A stretch of DNA of 63,458 bases, the filler included, from an uncultured Methanosarcinales archaeon (GTDB lineage Archaea; Nanobdellota; Nanobdellia; Woesearchaeales; CAYXTQ01), in assembly GCA_964608065.1 (NCBI GenBank). It is 6 parts of 6 records of this genome, joined end to end, with 100 filler letters (N's around TTAATTAATTAA, not from the genome) between each part and the next. Parts side by side here need not be neighbours in the genome. Positions count along the whole stretch, not along the records: positions 34,891 to 46,012 come from CAZSMA010000051.1; positions 46,113 to 56,476 come from CAZSMA010000053.1; 4 more parts are not named here. The stretch is one strand, 5' to 3'. The notes beneath the pieces were generated by a model. That model had not been told where the DNA came from. It saw nothing but the letters and a program-made list of their open reading frames with translations, and made no database searches. Of this stretch, positions 40,029 to 50,100 are shown one piece after another; the stretch's first letter is position 1, and each line of letters begins with the position of its first letter. The position numbers were made by a program, and so were the translations under genes.

Positions 40029-40372
40029 TGGAATCCTGGATTGTTATCGTATTGAATAGCCTCATATGAGTCTGGAGGATAATATCCATTAAGGTGTTTA
40101 ATATAAACCCACCTATCTTCTTTTACTAATAATTCCTTAAATAATTCAACAATTACACCAGTAAAATCAGCACCATGAAAACTACCCTCATATCCTTGAT
40201 GTAATCTATGAACTAAAGCATTAATAAATTCATCAGCCTTATCTTTTCCAATTCCTGAATTATTTTCTTCCTTTAATATTTTCAATTCAAGGGAAACAAT
40301 ACCCAAAAGACTTGTAGGAACTTTAAATTCAGATAACTCCTTGTTTCCTCTTACAGGTAAATAAATTTTCAT
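40025..40372 (-). CDS. Hypothetical protein
   Basis: 115-aa ORF whose stop overlaps the mdh ATG. Confidence 0.65.
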   Translation of the reverse strand: MKIYLPVRGNKELSEFKVPTSLLGIVSLELKILKEENNSGIGKDKADEFINALVHRLHQGYEGSFHGADFTGVIVELFKELLVKEDRWVYIKHLNGYYPPDSYEAIQYDNNPGFQ

Positions 40373-40391
40373 TTTTTTTTTAAAAAACCCC

Positions 40392-41273
40392 CTATTCTAT
40401 AATGATATTACTATTATAATATATTAATCTTTTCCTTCTTGTTGCCCAGCAGCTATAAGAAATATCAACAAAGAAACAAGCAGGATGTCTGTGCAAAGCT
40501 TTGATTTTAACTCCAAGAACTGTAGTTTTTCCACCTAAACCCATAACACCAATATTTAATTTGTTCAGTTCCTTTAAAATATCTTTTTCAAACTTAGTTT
40601 CATCACCTAATTTTCTTAATAGTGTTTTTTTTGATTCTATAGCAATTTTATCTTTTGGAGAGCCGAATGCAACTCCAACAATACCAGGAGGGCATGCAAA
40701 TCCTTTTGCTTTTTTAATGCAATCTATAACGCATTTCTTGACTCCATCTAAGTCTCTTCCTGCTTTAAGATTTTTATCTGGAAGGCTGTATGTTTTTCCA
40801 ACATTTTCAGATCCTCCACCTTTTAGCATTAGATCTATTATAATTTCATCTTTATTGTGTTCTTCAAAATAAATAACTGGTAAATTTATATCAGTCTTAT
40901 CTTCACTTAATCCAGTATTATCATTGGTGTTTTTATCATTAAAAGCAAAAACTGCATTTGGTCTTAATGGAACTTCTTTTGTTGCTAACCTTGTTGCAAT
41001 CAATATTTTCTGAGAAATCTTATGTTGATCAGTTCCAGCAGGAACTTTAATATAAAAAATTGGTGTTCCAGTATCCTGGCATATTGGTAATTGTTTTTCT
41101 TTTGCTATACTTATAGTATCAATTATATCCTTATATGTCTGTTTTATGATAGTGTTTTTCTTTTCTTTTCTATCTGCTTTTTGTATTGCTTTAACTACAT
41201 CTTCTGGTAATTCAGTTGCAGTTTTTCTGTATAATTCAACAATAGCTTTGACTATGTTCAATATTACCACCAA
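40392..41273 (-). CDS. Class I (Fe-S) fumarate hydratase, alpha subunit
   Basis: PICQDTG, LRPNAV, KGGGSEN, ACPP, GLGG, HRHPAC, SCWATR; start may instead be TTG 41261. Confidence 0.93.
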   Translation of the reverse strand: MVVILNIVKAIVELYRKTATELPEDVVKAIQKADRKEKKNTIIKQTYKDIIDTISIAKEKQLPICQDTGTPIFYIKVPAGTDQHKISQKILIATRLATKEVPLRPNAVFAFNDKNTNDNTGLSEDKTDINLPVIYFEEHNKDEIIIDLMLKGGGSENVGKTYSLPDKNLKAGRDLDGVKKCVIDCIKKAKGFACPPGIVGVAFGSPKDKIAIESKKTLLRKLGDETKFEKDILKELNKLNIGVMGLGGKTTVLGVKIKALHRHPACFFVDISYSCWATRRKRLIYYNSNIIIE

Positions 41274-41324
41274 TAGTAACTACTTTATGATAGTGATATA
41301 TAAAGGTTTCGTTTTTAGAACTTC

Positions 41325-41400
41325 TTAAACACCCAATAACCCAGACAATATAAACATAAATACAGAACCTAATATCATACCAAATGAAGCAAAATGATTG
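41325..41400 (-). pseudogene. Possible C-terminal remnant of a membrane transporter (ZIP-like last helix)
   Basis: Reads NHFASFGMILGSVFMFILSGLLGV* with no upstream gene body. Confidence 0.3.
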
Positions 41401-41405
41401 ATTTC

Positions 41406-41438
41406 CGAAACCTTTATATATAACTTAGGCACGCCTAA
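41406..41438 (+). promoter_or_regulatory. BRE/TATA plus DtxR-type operator palindrome
   Basis: CGAAACC-TTTATATA followed by TTAGGC-AC-GCCTAA (41425-41438), directly before the DtxR-family gene; resembles TTAGG...CCTAA DtxR/IdeR boxes. Confidence 0.8.
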
Positions 41439-41444
41439 CTTTCT

Positions 41445-41813
41445 ATGGCAATGAGTAATAGCATGGAAGATTATCTTGAAAGTATTTATATGTTAAAAAA
41501 AGAAAAAGATAAAGTAAGGAACAAAGAGCTTGCTAAAAAACTGAATGTAAGACTATCAAGTGCGACAGAAGCTGTGCAGAAGCTTGCAGAAAAAAAAATG
41601 GTGAAGTACCAGAAATATGGTAGTATTGAAATAACAAAAAAAGGTGAACAAAAAGCAAGAAACATATACAATAGGCATAAACTATTATCTAAATTCTTTG
41701 TTGAGGTTTTGGGAATAGACAAGAGGATAGCTGAAGAGGATGCATGTAAAATAGAGCATCTTCTTAGTCAAAGCACAATAAATAAAATAACCAACTTTTT
41801 AGAAGGTAGGTAA
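41445..41813 (+). CDS. DtxR/MntR family metal-dependent repressor
   Basis: EDYLESIY, RH..LSKFF, AEEDACKIEH. Confidence 0.94.
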   Translation: MAMSNSMEDYLESIYMLKKEKDKVRNKELAKKLNVRLSSATEAVQKLAEKKMVKYQKYGSIEITKKGEQKARNIYNRHKLLSKFFVEVLGIDKRIAEEDACKIEHLLSQSTINKITNFLEGR

Positions 41814-41814
41814 A

Positions 41815-42045
41815 ATGGAAACTGCGCTTTCAAGACTTGGCATAGGAAAGAAAGGAGTAATAAAATATTTTGGAGGGGGTAGGGGCTTTCAAACAAAAAT
41901 AATTGTTTTAGGTGTTAGAATTGGAAAACAGGTTAAGGTTATAAGTTCACACCCTTTTGGTGGGCCAATAGTAGTTGAAATAGATAATATGAGGATTGCT
42001 ATTGGTAGAGGTATGGCTTATAGAATAATTGTAGAAGTTATTTAA
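41815..42045 (+). CDS. feoA: Ferrous iron transport protein A
   Basis: LGVRIG...HPFGGP...IAIGRGMA. Confidence 0.93.
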   Translation: METALSRLGIGKKGVIKYFGGGRGFQTKIIVLGVRIGKQVKVISSHPFGGPIVVEIDNMRIAIGRGMAYRIIVEVI

Positions 42046-42046
42046 G

Positions 42047-43753
42047 ATGAAAGAAAGAGTTCTTTTAATGGGTAATCCAAATGTAGGTAAAAGTGCTATT
42101 TTTTCTAGATTGACAGGAGCAAGTGTTATTGTTTCTAATTATTCTGGTACAACTGTGGAATTTAAGAAAGGTAATATGTTATTTGAGGGAAAAGAAGCAG
42201 AAGTAATTGATGTGCCTGGAACCTACTCTTTAAAGCCAACTAATAAAGCAGAAGAAGTTGCTGTAGAGATGTTGGAAGAAGGTAGTATAGTGATAAATGT
42301 TGTTGACGCAACTAACCTTGAAAGAAATCTTAATCTAACTTTGCAATTAATGGAGAAAAAAGTAAAGTTAATTGTAGCATTGAACATTTCAGATGAAGCA
42401 AAGCATAAAGGAATTAAAATTAATGTTAAAAAACTTGAGAAATTACTAAATGTACCTGTAGTTTCTACTGTGGGTATTACGGGAGAAGGTATTAAAGAGT
42501 TAGTTGATAAATTACCAAAAGCAAAATCACCCAAGATTAAAAAACATTCTGATAAAGAAAGATGGGTTAAGATTGGAAATATAATAAAACAAGTGCAGAA
42601 AGTAACTCATAGACATCATACTTTTTTGGAATGGTTAGGTGATCAAAGCGTTAAGCCATTGCCTGGAATGATTATTGCATTAATTGTTCTGTTTATCTCG
42701 TTTGAGATCATAAGATTTGTTGGAGAAGGCCTAATAACATATGTTTTTGACCCACTTTTTAATTTGTATCTTCCAATTGTAACAGCCATTGGTGATTTTG
42801 TTGGTCAGAATTTTATTCATGATATATTGATTGGCACTTTAATTAATGGGCAGATAGATTATACTCAAAGCATGGGATTAATAACAACTGGATTTTATGT
42901 TCCAATAGCAATGGTTCTTCCTTATATTATATCATTCTATATTGTATTGGGTTTTTTAGAGGATTTTGGTTATCTGCCTAGATTAGCTGTTGTTTTTGAT
43001 ACTGTAATGCATAAAATAGGATTACATGGATTAGCTGTAATTCCAACTTTGCTTGGATTTGGATGCAATGTTCCTGGTGCTTTAGCTACTAGAGTGTTAG
43101 AAACAAGAAGAGAGAAATTTATTGCTGCTACGTTAATGGCAATATGTGTTCCATGTATGGCTCAGACTGCTATGATAATTGGTTTAGTTGGCAGATATGG
43201 TTTCAAAGGTATTGGGATTGTTTTTTTGACACTTTTTGTAGTGGGGAGTGTTCTTGGTTTTATAATGAACAAACTGGTAAAAGGCAAAAGCTATGAAATG
43301 TTTACAGAGATACCTCCTTATAGGATTCCTTATTGGGCAGGGTTATTCAAAAAAATATTTATAAGGGTTAAAAGCTTTATTATGGGTGCTATACCTTATA
43401 TGATGTTGGGAGTTTTTATCATCAATGTGTTATATGTCTTTGGAATAATGGATTTTATTAGTAATTTAACTGCACCCATTATAGTTGGTGTTCTTGGGTT
43501 ACCAAAAGAAGCTGTTAGTGCTTTAGTTGCAGGTTTTCTTAGAAAAGATGTTGCTGTGGGAATGTTATTGCCTTTAGGAATGAGTGTTAAGCAATTAGTT
43601 ATTGCTAGTGTTGTGTTGACAATGTATTTTCCATGCATAGCTACTTTTGCTGTTTTGGTGAAAGAACTAGGTATTAAAGATATGATAAAATCAGCATCAA
43701 TAATGGTTGCATCTACTTTAATAGTTGGGTTTTTGCTAAACTTAATTCTTTAA
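42047..43753 (+). CDS. feoB: Ferrous iron transport protein B
   Basis: GNPNVGKS, NYSGTTV, DVPGTYS, LEDFGYLPR, GFGCNVP, YFPCIAT. Confidence 0.96.
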   Translation: MKERVLLMGNPNVGKSAIFSRLTGASVIVSNYSGTTVEFKKGNMLFEGKEAEVIDVPGTYSLKPTNKAEEVAVEMLEEGSIVINVVDATNLERNLNLTLQLMEKKVKLIVALNISDEAKHKGIKINVKKLEKLLNVPVVSTVGITGEGIKELVDKLPKAKSPKIKKHSDKERWVKIGNIIKQVQKVTHRHHTFLEWLGDQSVKPLPGMIIALIVLFISFEIIRFVGEGLITYVFDPLFNLYLPIVTAIGDFVGQNFIHDILIGTLINGQIDYTQSMGLITTGFYVPIAMVLPYIISFYIVLGFLEDFGYLPRLAVVFDTVMHKIGLHGLAVIPTLLGFGCNVPGALATRVLETRREKFIAATLMAICVPCMAQTAMIIGLVGRYGFKGIGIVFLTLFVVGSVLGFIMNKLVKGKSYEMFTEIPPYRIPYWAGLFKKIFIRVKSFIMGAIPYMMLGVFIINVLYVFGIMDFISNLTAPIIVGVLGLPKEAVSALVAGFLRKDVAVGMLLPLGMSVKQLVIASVVLTMYFPCIATFAVLVKELGIKDMIKSASIMVASTLIVGFLLNLIL

Positions 43754-44659
43754 CTTCTCCAATATCTTACATGCTGCACATAGTTTATCCATTGAAACTT
43801 CTTTGCATTTACTGCAGAATTTAAGCTCTTCTTTTGAAGACCCTTTCTTTAATGTAGGTAGTAATCCTAAAAATGAACTTATAATTGAGTTTTTTGTTCC
43901 TTTATATTTTTTTTCAAAATCATTTAACATATGTTTAACTGATTTTCTGTATGAATCAACAGAGCAAGGACAGTCTTCGTATACTAAATTAAATTTCATT
44001 AGTTTAGAGTATAACTTAACTTCTTCTTCAAAGCAGAAATATAAGGGTTTGATCCTTGGAATAAATTTCTTATGTTCTAATAATCCTGTTTTAGGTCCTA
44101 ATCTTGGAAGAATATTAATGCTGTTCCTGAAAATGTTCATTATAACATTCTGTGCTTCATCATCCAGGTTATGACCTGTAACCAGTTTTGTTGCTTTTAG
44201 TTTTCTTGCTTCTTTGTTAATCAAATACCTTCTTAAAACACCGCAAATAGTGCATGACTTAATATTATGACCTTTTTCTTTTAAAATATCTCTAATATAA
44301 CATACAGAGTATCCAAACTCTTTTCTGAAAGTTGTCTTATGCAGTGTTATCTTTATTTTTTTACAGAAATCTGTAACATTCTTCAGATTTTTTTTTGAAT
44401 AAGTTCCTAAACCCTGATCTACATGATAAGCTTCAATCTTAATTTTTTTATTTTCTATAATTTTATTCAGTAAGTATAAAACAACAGTGCTGTCTTTTCC
44501 TCCAGAAACAGCTACTAACAGTTTTTCTTTTTTATCTATTAGTTTATATTTTCTTATGGTTTTCCTTACTTTTTTCTCAAAGTATTTTAAGAAGCAATCC
44601 TTGCAGAGCTTTTCTCCTGAATAAAGAGTTATTACTGGTTTCTTATGATTACATTTCAT
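43742..44659 (-). CDS. tRNA 2-thiouridine synthetase (TtuA/Ncs6, TIGR00269)
   Basis: AVSGGKDS, CTICGVLRR, TGHNLDDEAQ, RIKPL, CPC, terminal zinc fingers. Confidence 0.92.
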   Translation of the reverse strand: MKCNHKKPVITLYSGEKLCKDCFLKYFEKKVRKTIRKYKLIDKKEKLLVAVSGGKDSTVVLYLLNKIIENKKIKIEAYHVDQGLGTYSKKNLKNVTDFCKKIKITLHKTTFRKEFGYSVCYIRDILKEKGHNIKSCTICGVLRRYLINKEARKLKATKLVTGHNLDDEAQNVIMNIFRNSINILPRLGPKTGLLEHKKFIPRIKPLYFCFEEEVKLYSKLMKFNLVYEDCPCSVDSYRKSVKHMLNDFEKKYKGTKNSIISSFLGLLPTLKKGSSKEELKFCSKCKEVSMDKLCAACKILEKLKN

Positions 44660-45294
44660 TTTTTTATCACAACCATTAATTCATCTAAACCGCTAATTGA
44701 ATTTTTATGGTTTCCTTCTTTAAAATCAACAACATTGAAATCTTTCAATATTGTTTTAAGCCAATAGTTTTTAGTCCATAAGTTTCTGTATATCTGATCA
44801 ACATGTATCTGTCTATTGCCTATTTTTCTTGTTTTGTAGGCTTTAAGGTTGTGTTTTGTTTTGATAGGCATTGAAAACAAAATTAATGGAGCTATCTTAA
44901 GCTGTTTTTTTAGCAAGGTTTTTATTTTTCCTTCAGGAAAGTGTTCTATGAAGCCTCCATGTGTACAAGCATCAAAGCTGTTTTCTTTGAAGTTATCTAT
45001 ATTGTTTACATCCATTAGCTTAAATTTCATGTTCTTTCCAAATTTTTTTCCATTGATTTCAGCATACCTTAATACCTCTTTGTCAACATCAATGCATGTG
45101 ATTTTATAATAATGTGATAAGGGTACTGCAGTGCATCCAAGACCGCAACCTAGCTCTAAAATTTTGCTTCCTTTTTTCAGATATTTTTTATAAAAATTAA
45201 ATTCATCTTTAACTTGTTTGGAATATAAATCAAAATCCTTTTTAGTAAAAACTAGATTTCTACTCAGTTTAAATCTTTCACGCCATTTACTCAT
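44656..45294 (-). CDS. Class I SAM-dependent methyltransferase
   Basis: ILELGCGLG, FD...IEHF. Confidence 0.85.
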   Translation of the reverse strand: MSKWRERFKLSRNLVFTKKDFDLYSKQVKDEFNFYKKYLKKGSKILELGCGLGCTAVPLSHYYKITCIDVDKEVLRYAEINGKKFGKNMKFKLMDVNNIDNFKENSFDACTHGGFIEHFPEGKIKTLLKKQLKIAPLILFSMPIKTKHNLKAYKTRKIGNRQIHVDQIYRNLWTKNYWLKTILKDFNVVDFKEGNHKNSISGLDELMVVIKK

Positions 45295-45656
45295 TTTTTT
45301 CTTCTATATTCTTCTATTGCTTTCTTTAAAGCATCTACTGCTAATATACTGCAGTGAAGTTTTAGAGGGGGGACCTCACCCATTTTTTTAATAACATCTT
45401 TATTTGTTATTTTTAATGCTTTGTCTAGTGTTTTGCCTTTTGCAATTTCACAAAGATAATCTGAGGAGGCTATTGCAGCTACACAACCCATAGTTTCAAC
45501 AGAAATATCTTTAATTTTATTATTTTCCACATTTATATAAACTTTCATTACATCACCACACCTTGCATTTCCTACTTCTCCAACACCATTAAATTTTTTA
45601 ATTTTCTTATGAAATTTCGGGTTGGAAAAACGTTTCATAATTTCTTTTGAATACAT
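45291..45656 (-). CDS. iscU: Fe-S cluster scaffold IscU/NifU
   Basis: GNARCGD, GCVAAIASS, KLHCSIL. Confidence 0.93.
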   Translation of the reverse strand: MYSKEIMKRFSNPKFHKKIKKFNGVGEVGNARCGDVMKVYINVENNKIKDISVETMGCVAAIASSDYLCEIAKGKTLDKALKITNKDVIKKMGEVPPLKLHCSILAVDALKKAIEEYRRKK

Positions 45657-45664
45657 ATTCTCAC

Positions 45665-46012
45665 CTACATCCTTTGATAACCAAACTCTTTATTCCGATA
45701 ATTTATTTGTTTTATTGCTTTAAACATTGCCTTCACCCTATTTGCATGTTTCAAATATGGCTTTATTTTAGAAAATAAAGGCAATAATGATTTTTTAGAA
45801 TGAACACTAACTCCCCACATATCTTTTCTATAAGGTATCGGATTTTTTAAGCTAGTATATCCTTTCTTTTTTGATATTCTTGGTTTAGGACAATTTAGTC
45901 CAAACTTTATTAAATTTTTATATATTTGATGTAATATTGTTTTATCATAACTTGCTATCATTAAATATGCCCTATTTTTTGTACCAATGTGCCCTTCTGC
46001 ATCTATGTATCC
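45665..46012 (-). CDS. LAGLIDADG homing-endonuclease-like protein, 5'-truncated by contig edge
   Basis: The frame extends upstream of the tracked start to GYIDAEGHIG; C-terminal KPYLKHANR pattern. Confidence 0.75.
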   Translation of the reverse strand, partial: GYIDAEGHIGTKNRAYLMIASYDKTILHQIYKNLIKFGLNCPKPRISKKKGYTSLKNPIPYRKDMWGVSVHSKKSLLPLFSKIKPYLKHANRVKAMFKAIKQINYRNKEFGYQRM

Positions 46013-46112
46013 NNNNNNNNNNNNNNNNNNNNNNNNNNNNNNNNNNNNNNNNNNNNTTAATTAATTAANNNNNNNNNNNNNNNNNNNNNNNNNNNNNNNN
46101 NNNNNNNNNNNN
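46013..46112. other. Artificial contig spacer
   Basis: N + TTAATTAATTAA + N. Confidence 0.98.
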
Positions 46113-47108
46113 TTACATATTCTCCATAGATGTTTTTTCACCATAATAAAACAACAAGTTCTTAAAAGAATTAAATTAATAGAAGAACAGATCTTTCAAA
46201 GCAAAATAGAAGACGGCTTCATAAGCTTTTTTCATACATTTAGGGAATTTTTCGCTATAATTCTTAAACTAAAATATGAGTTCACTTACGAAGAACTAGT
46301 CAATGAAGTAAATAAAAGAAAAAAAATTAGCCCAGAGTTAAAAGAAAAAATAAAAAAGTTCTCTGAAAGTGTTTCAGTGATAGAATATAGCGATAGAGGC
46401 TTATCTAAAAAAACACTGAAAGACTCTGTAGTTGAATTCAGATACCTCATTAACTTATTAACAAAGAAAATAAGAATAAAAGGGAAAGAAGGAAAGAAAA
46501 AAAGAAAAGAAAAAAAAGAAAGAAAAATAAAATTCGAAAAGCTACACCGCCTAAATGAATACGCACTTAAAATTCTTCATAAATTAAAGTTATACAAAAC
46601 AGAAAAAGAAAAAGAAAAAATCAAACTAAAGAAGGAAAAAAAAAAAGAAGAAAAAGAAAAAGAAATTAAGTTACTAAAAGAACAGAATAAAGCAGTAAAA
46701 ACTATAGAAGATTTAGCTGACAAAGCAGAAAAAAATATAAAATCAAAAAACATTGTAATAGCTAAAAAAATATATGTACTTCTTAACAGATTATATCAGA
46801 ATTCCAGCCACGAAGAAAGAGACGCTGTATACGCAAGGGTCAAAGACATATATCATCAAATAGTAACCTACACTTCAATACCTACAAAAAAAGAAAAAGA
46901 AAAAAAAGAAAAAAGCAAATTGAAAGTTGATGAAGAAAAACTAAATAATTTATTCCTTAACATCCAGAATAGTATAAACAAGAAAGATATTAAGAAAGCA
47001 AAAACACTATATGCTATAGGGTATAAACTTTATACTGACCTTCCTTTAAAAGAAAGAAAAAGCATATATCCTAAATTAAAAAAAATACACAAAACATTAA
47101 ACAAATAA
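46113..47108 (+). CDS. C-terminal cytoplasmic part of a large protein, 5'-truncated
   Basis: Open from the contig edge; FREFF...YEFTYEEL and helical AK..Y...Y..L...E...Y modules shared with the C-terminus of 51603-55268. Confidence 0.75.
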   Translation, partial: LHILHRCFFTIIKQQVLKRIKLIEEQIFQSKIEDGFISFFHTFREFFAIILKLKYEFTYEELVNEVNKRKKISPELKEKIKKFSESVSVIEYSDRGLSKKTLKDSVVEFRYLINLLTKKIRIKGKEGKKKRKEKKERKIKFEKLHRLNEYALKILHKLKLYKTEKEKEKIKLKKEKKKEEKEKEIKLLKEQNKAVKTIEDLADKAEKNIKSKNIVIAKKIYVLLNRLYQNSSHEERDAVYARVKDIYHQIVTYTSIPTKKEKEKKEKSKLKVDEEKLNNLFLNIQNSINKKDIKKAKTLYAIGYKLYTDLPLKERKSIYPKLKKIHKTLNK

Positions 47109-50100
47109 TTATGAAAATAAGTCCTCTTCTTTCTCCTTCTTTACTCTTCTCTTACTTTTCTTCTCTCTTCTGCTTTTCTTAATAAAGTAATATATAAACG
47201 CTAACAACAGGATAACAATCAACATCACTATGCTAATCAGCAATTTACCGCTTGCCTTGATTACTGGGGATAGCTTAAACTGTCTAGGCCCTGCAGTCAA
47301 TAAATACTTGCAACCCTCTATTGCTTGATTTAAAACATAATTTGCTTGGTCATGCTCTCCTTTATTCAATGCAGCTTGTGCTTGTATCAATAACTCATTT
47401 AGTTCTAAACATTCAGGATTTAGCATAAATAAATCCCTTACATACCTAACTCTTTCAGAAACATTCTCTAAAACACTCATTTGAATTAAAGCAGTATCTT
47501 TAACATCAGGATTTGTAACCCTCGCTTCTATTTTTACACTAAATGCCCCTGTAACATTATGTGTTGTAATAATTAAGTTTGTTTTTTCCTTTTGATTCGG
47601 ACTGAGTTTATCAAAATGATCCTTAGTAAATTCAAAAGTAACTTGGCTTGTGTTAGTATAAGCAGACAAGTCTATTCCTTCTAATGTTCTATTGCCTTCA
47701 TTCTTCAATGTTATAGGAGCAATTATTGTTGAATTAGGACCAACCTGTAATGTTCCTGGAACAACTAACTCTAAGAAGGTAGGCTCAGTAATATTCAATA
47801 ATTTAGTCTGAGTCCTTACTACAACACTTCTTCCTCCACCTCCACCTCCACCACTGCTAGGAGTAGCTGTGCTTGGTTCAGATACATCTGTAAATGTTAA
47901 TGTTATCTCATTACTTGTAGCATTTACTTCTGAATCATTTGCTGTAAATGTTAATATTGCAGTACCATACCAATTACTATCTGGTGTTAAAGTAACTAAA
48001 TTAGTTCCATTCGCTATTGTAACAGTTAGACTACTAGTACTAATACTATGACTGTAATTCAAAGTAGTTCCATCAGGATCTGAAAAGAAATGATCAAGAT
48101 CAATCCAGTTTACATAAACTGTGTCTTCTGTTCCTGTAAAATTAGCAATATTATATGACAAACTAATTTCTTCTAACACAGGTGTTTTATTTGTATCATT
48201 TGTTGAAAGGAATGCCATGTATTGTATATATCTATTATCTGTAGAGTTTATAGGCGTTACACTAGAGTTTGTATAAATATTACTCCAACCAGTCCATGCA
48301 CTATTATCAGAACTTGTTCTTGTTTGCATAGTAATATTAGTGTCATTTAAAGGATCATGACTCCATGTAATATTATTTAAAGCAACATCATCACTATCTG
48401 CACTCAAGTCAATAACAGACGATGTAAAATTACCTGTATTATAATAGGTTATAGAGGTATTCCTTGCTAAAGTAACATTACCAGCTTCAGCAGTAGCATT
48501 AGTATTTACATTAGTTCCTCCAGTAAAGTCTGTTTGATTAGTCTGTGTCTTTAATCCAAAAACAGGAACTCTATTCAAATTAATAACTGTTACATTCCAA
48601 TATTGAGAATCTGTTAATGTGCCATCAGAAACTACTGTTGTTAAATTGTGAACCCCTGCTGCACCAAAATTCGGATAATATGTCCAATTTTGGGTTGTAC
48701 TTTGTTCAACGCCATCCAACAACCAGGAGTATGTAACAGTATCTCCATCTGGCTCATTAACACTTATATTAAATTGTTGAGAACTATTCTCAGTAATATT
48801 AAGTGCAGTGTTATTTGGTGCAAAAGCAGTTATATTTGGTGGATCATTATATTCTGCAATAATAAACCATATTGTGGTTGTATTTTTCTTTACAGTATCA
48901 TTAACTGAAATATTAATTGCATGCGTACCAACATCCGCATTTGTCGGAGTAAAACTAATTTCACCAGTAGTTTCATCTATAGTAAAGAATGTTGCATTTG
49001 TTGAGAAATGTAAATTTCCCTCTACTTCATCTGTTCCGTTTTCTTCATCACTTGCATTTACATTATAAGTAAATAATGTATCCTGCATTCCAGATAAATT
49101 TACCAGAGGAGGATCAAAATAAGGCGCATCATTAAATTCATTTATAGTGAACACAACTGTCATATTCACTTTAAATTTATCATCAGTTACATTAAATGTA
49201 ATATTATAAACTCCTGCTTGAGAAGAATTTGGAGTAAAATTAAGTTTAGACATACTGGCATTTACCCAGGTTAAATTGAATAATGTGCTATTTGTATCAA
49301 ATGTCAAATTATCATAATCTGGATCATCAGCACTTATATTCAGGAAGAATATCGTGTCTTCTGTAAGAGTTTGGTCACTTACAGCATTAAATACTGGAGG
49401 CCTATTATCATATACAGAAAATCCTACAAGCTGACTATCATTCTTTGCTCCATCACTTACTGTAACATTTACAGTAAAATTACCAATATCATTAGTTGAA
49501 TTAAATGTTAAGTTAAAGAACCCATAACTATTGCTTATTGTTGTAACATTAAATGTAGTATCATTAGTATAATATGTTAAAGGATCACTATCTGCATCTG
49601 AAGCAGTAACACTTAATGTGAAAGTCTTATTTAGTGTAATGCTTTGATTTTCAATATTTGCTAAAACAGGAGGATTATTGACATTTATGATATTAAGCCA
49701 AATAACTTCTGAATCAACAGCATTCCAACTGTCATTTACAAATATCTCAATAGTATGATTACCAACATCATCATTATCAGGAGTAAAGCTAAATGTTGCA
49801 GCAGTTGAATTGACTGTAGCCACAGTAAATCTCGAATAATTGCTTGAGAATACTAATGTATCACTATCAGGATCAGAAGCAGTTACTGTCATTGAGAATG
49901 CAGTTCCCTCTTCCCCTGTTTGATTACCAATAGAATCTAGTACAGGTGGATTATTAGCAGTAACATTAAACCAAACAAGCTGACTGTCATTTAAACTACT
50001 GTCACTTACTGTAATATTAACAATATGAATCCCAACATCCGCATTTGTCGGAGTAAAACTAATTACACCACTACTAGGATTTATATTAAATAAAGAAGTA

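Noticed and set aside
45665..46012. LAGLIDADG ORF as an intein
   Set aside because: Ends in its own stop codon without a His-Asn/Cys-Ser-Thr splice junction or C-extein.
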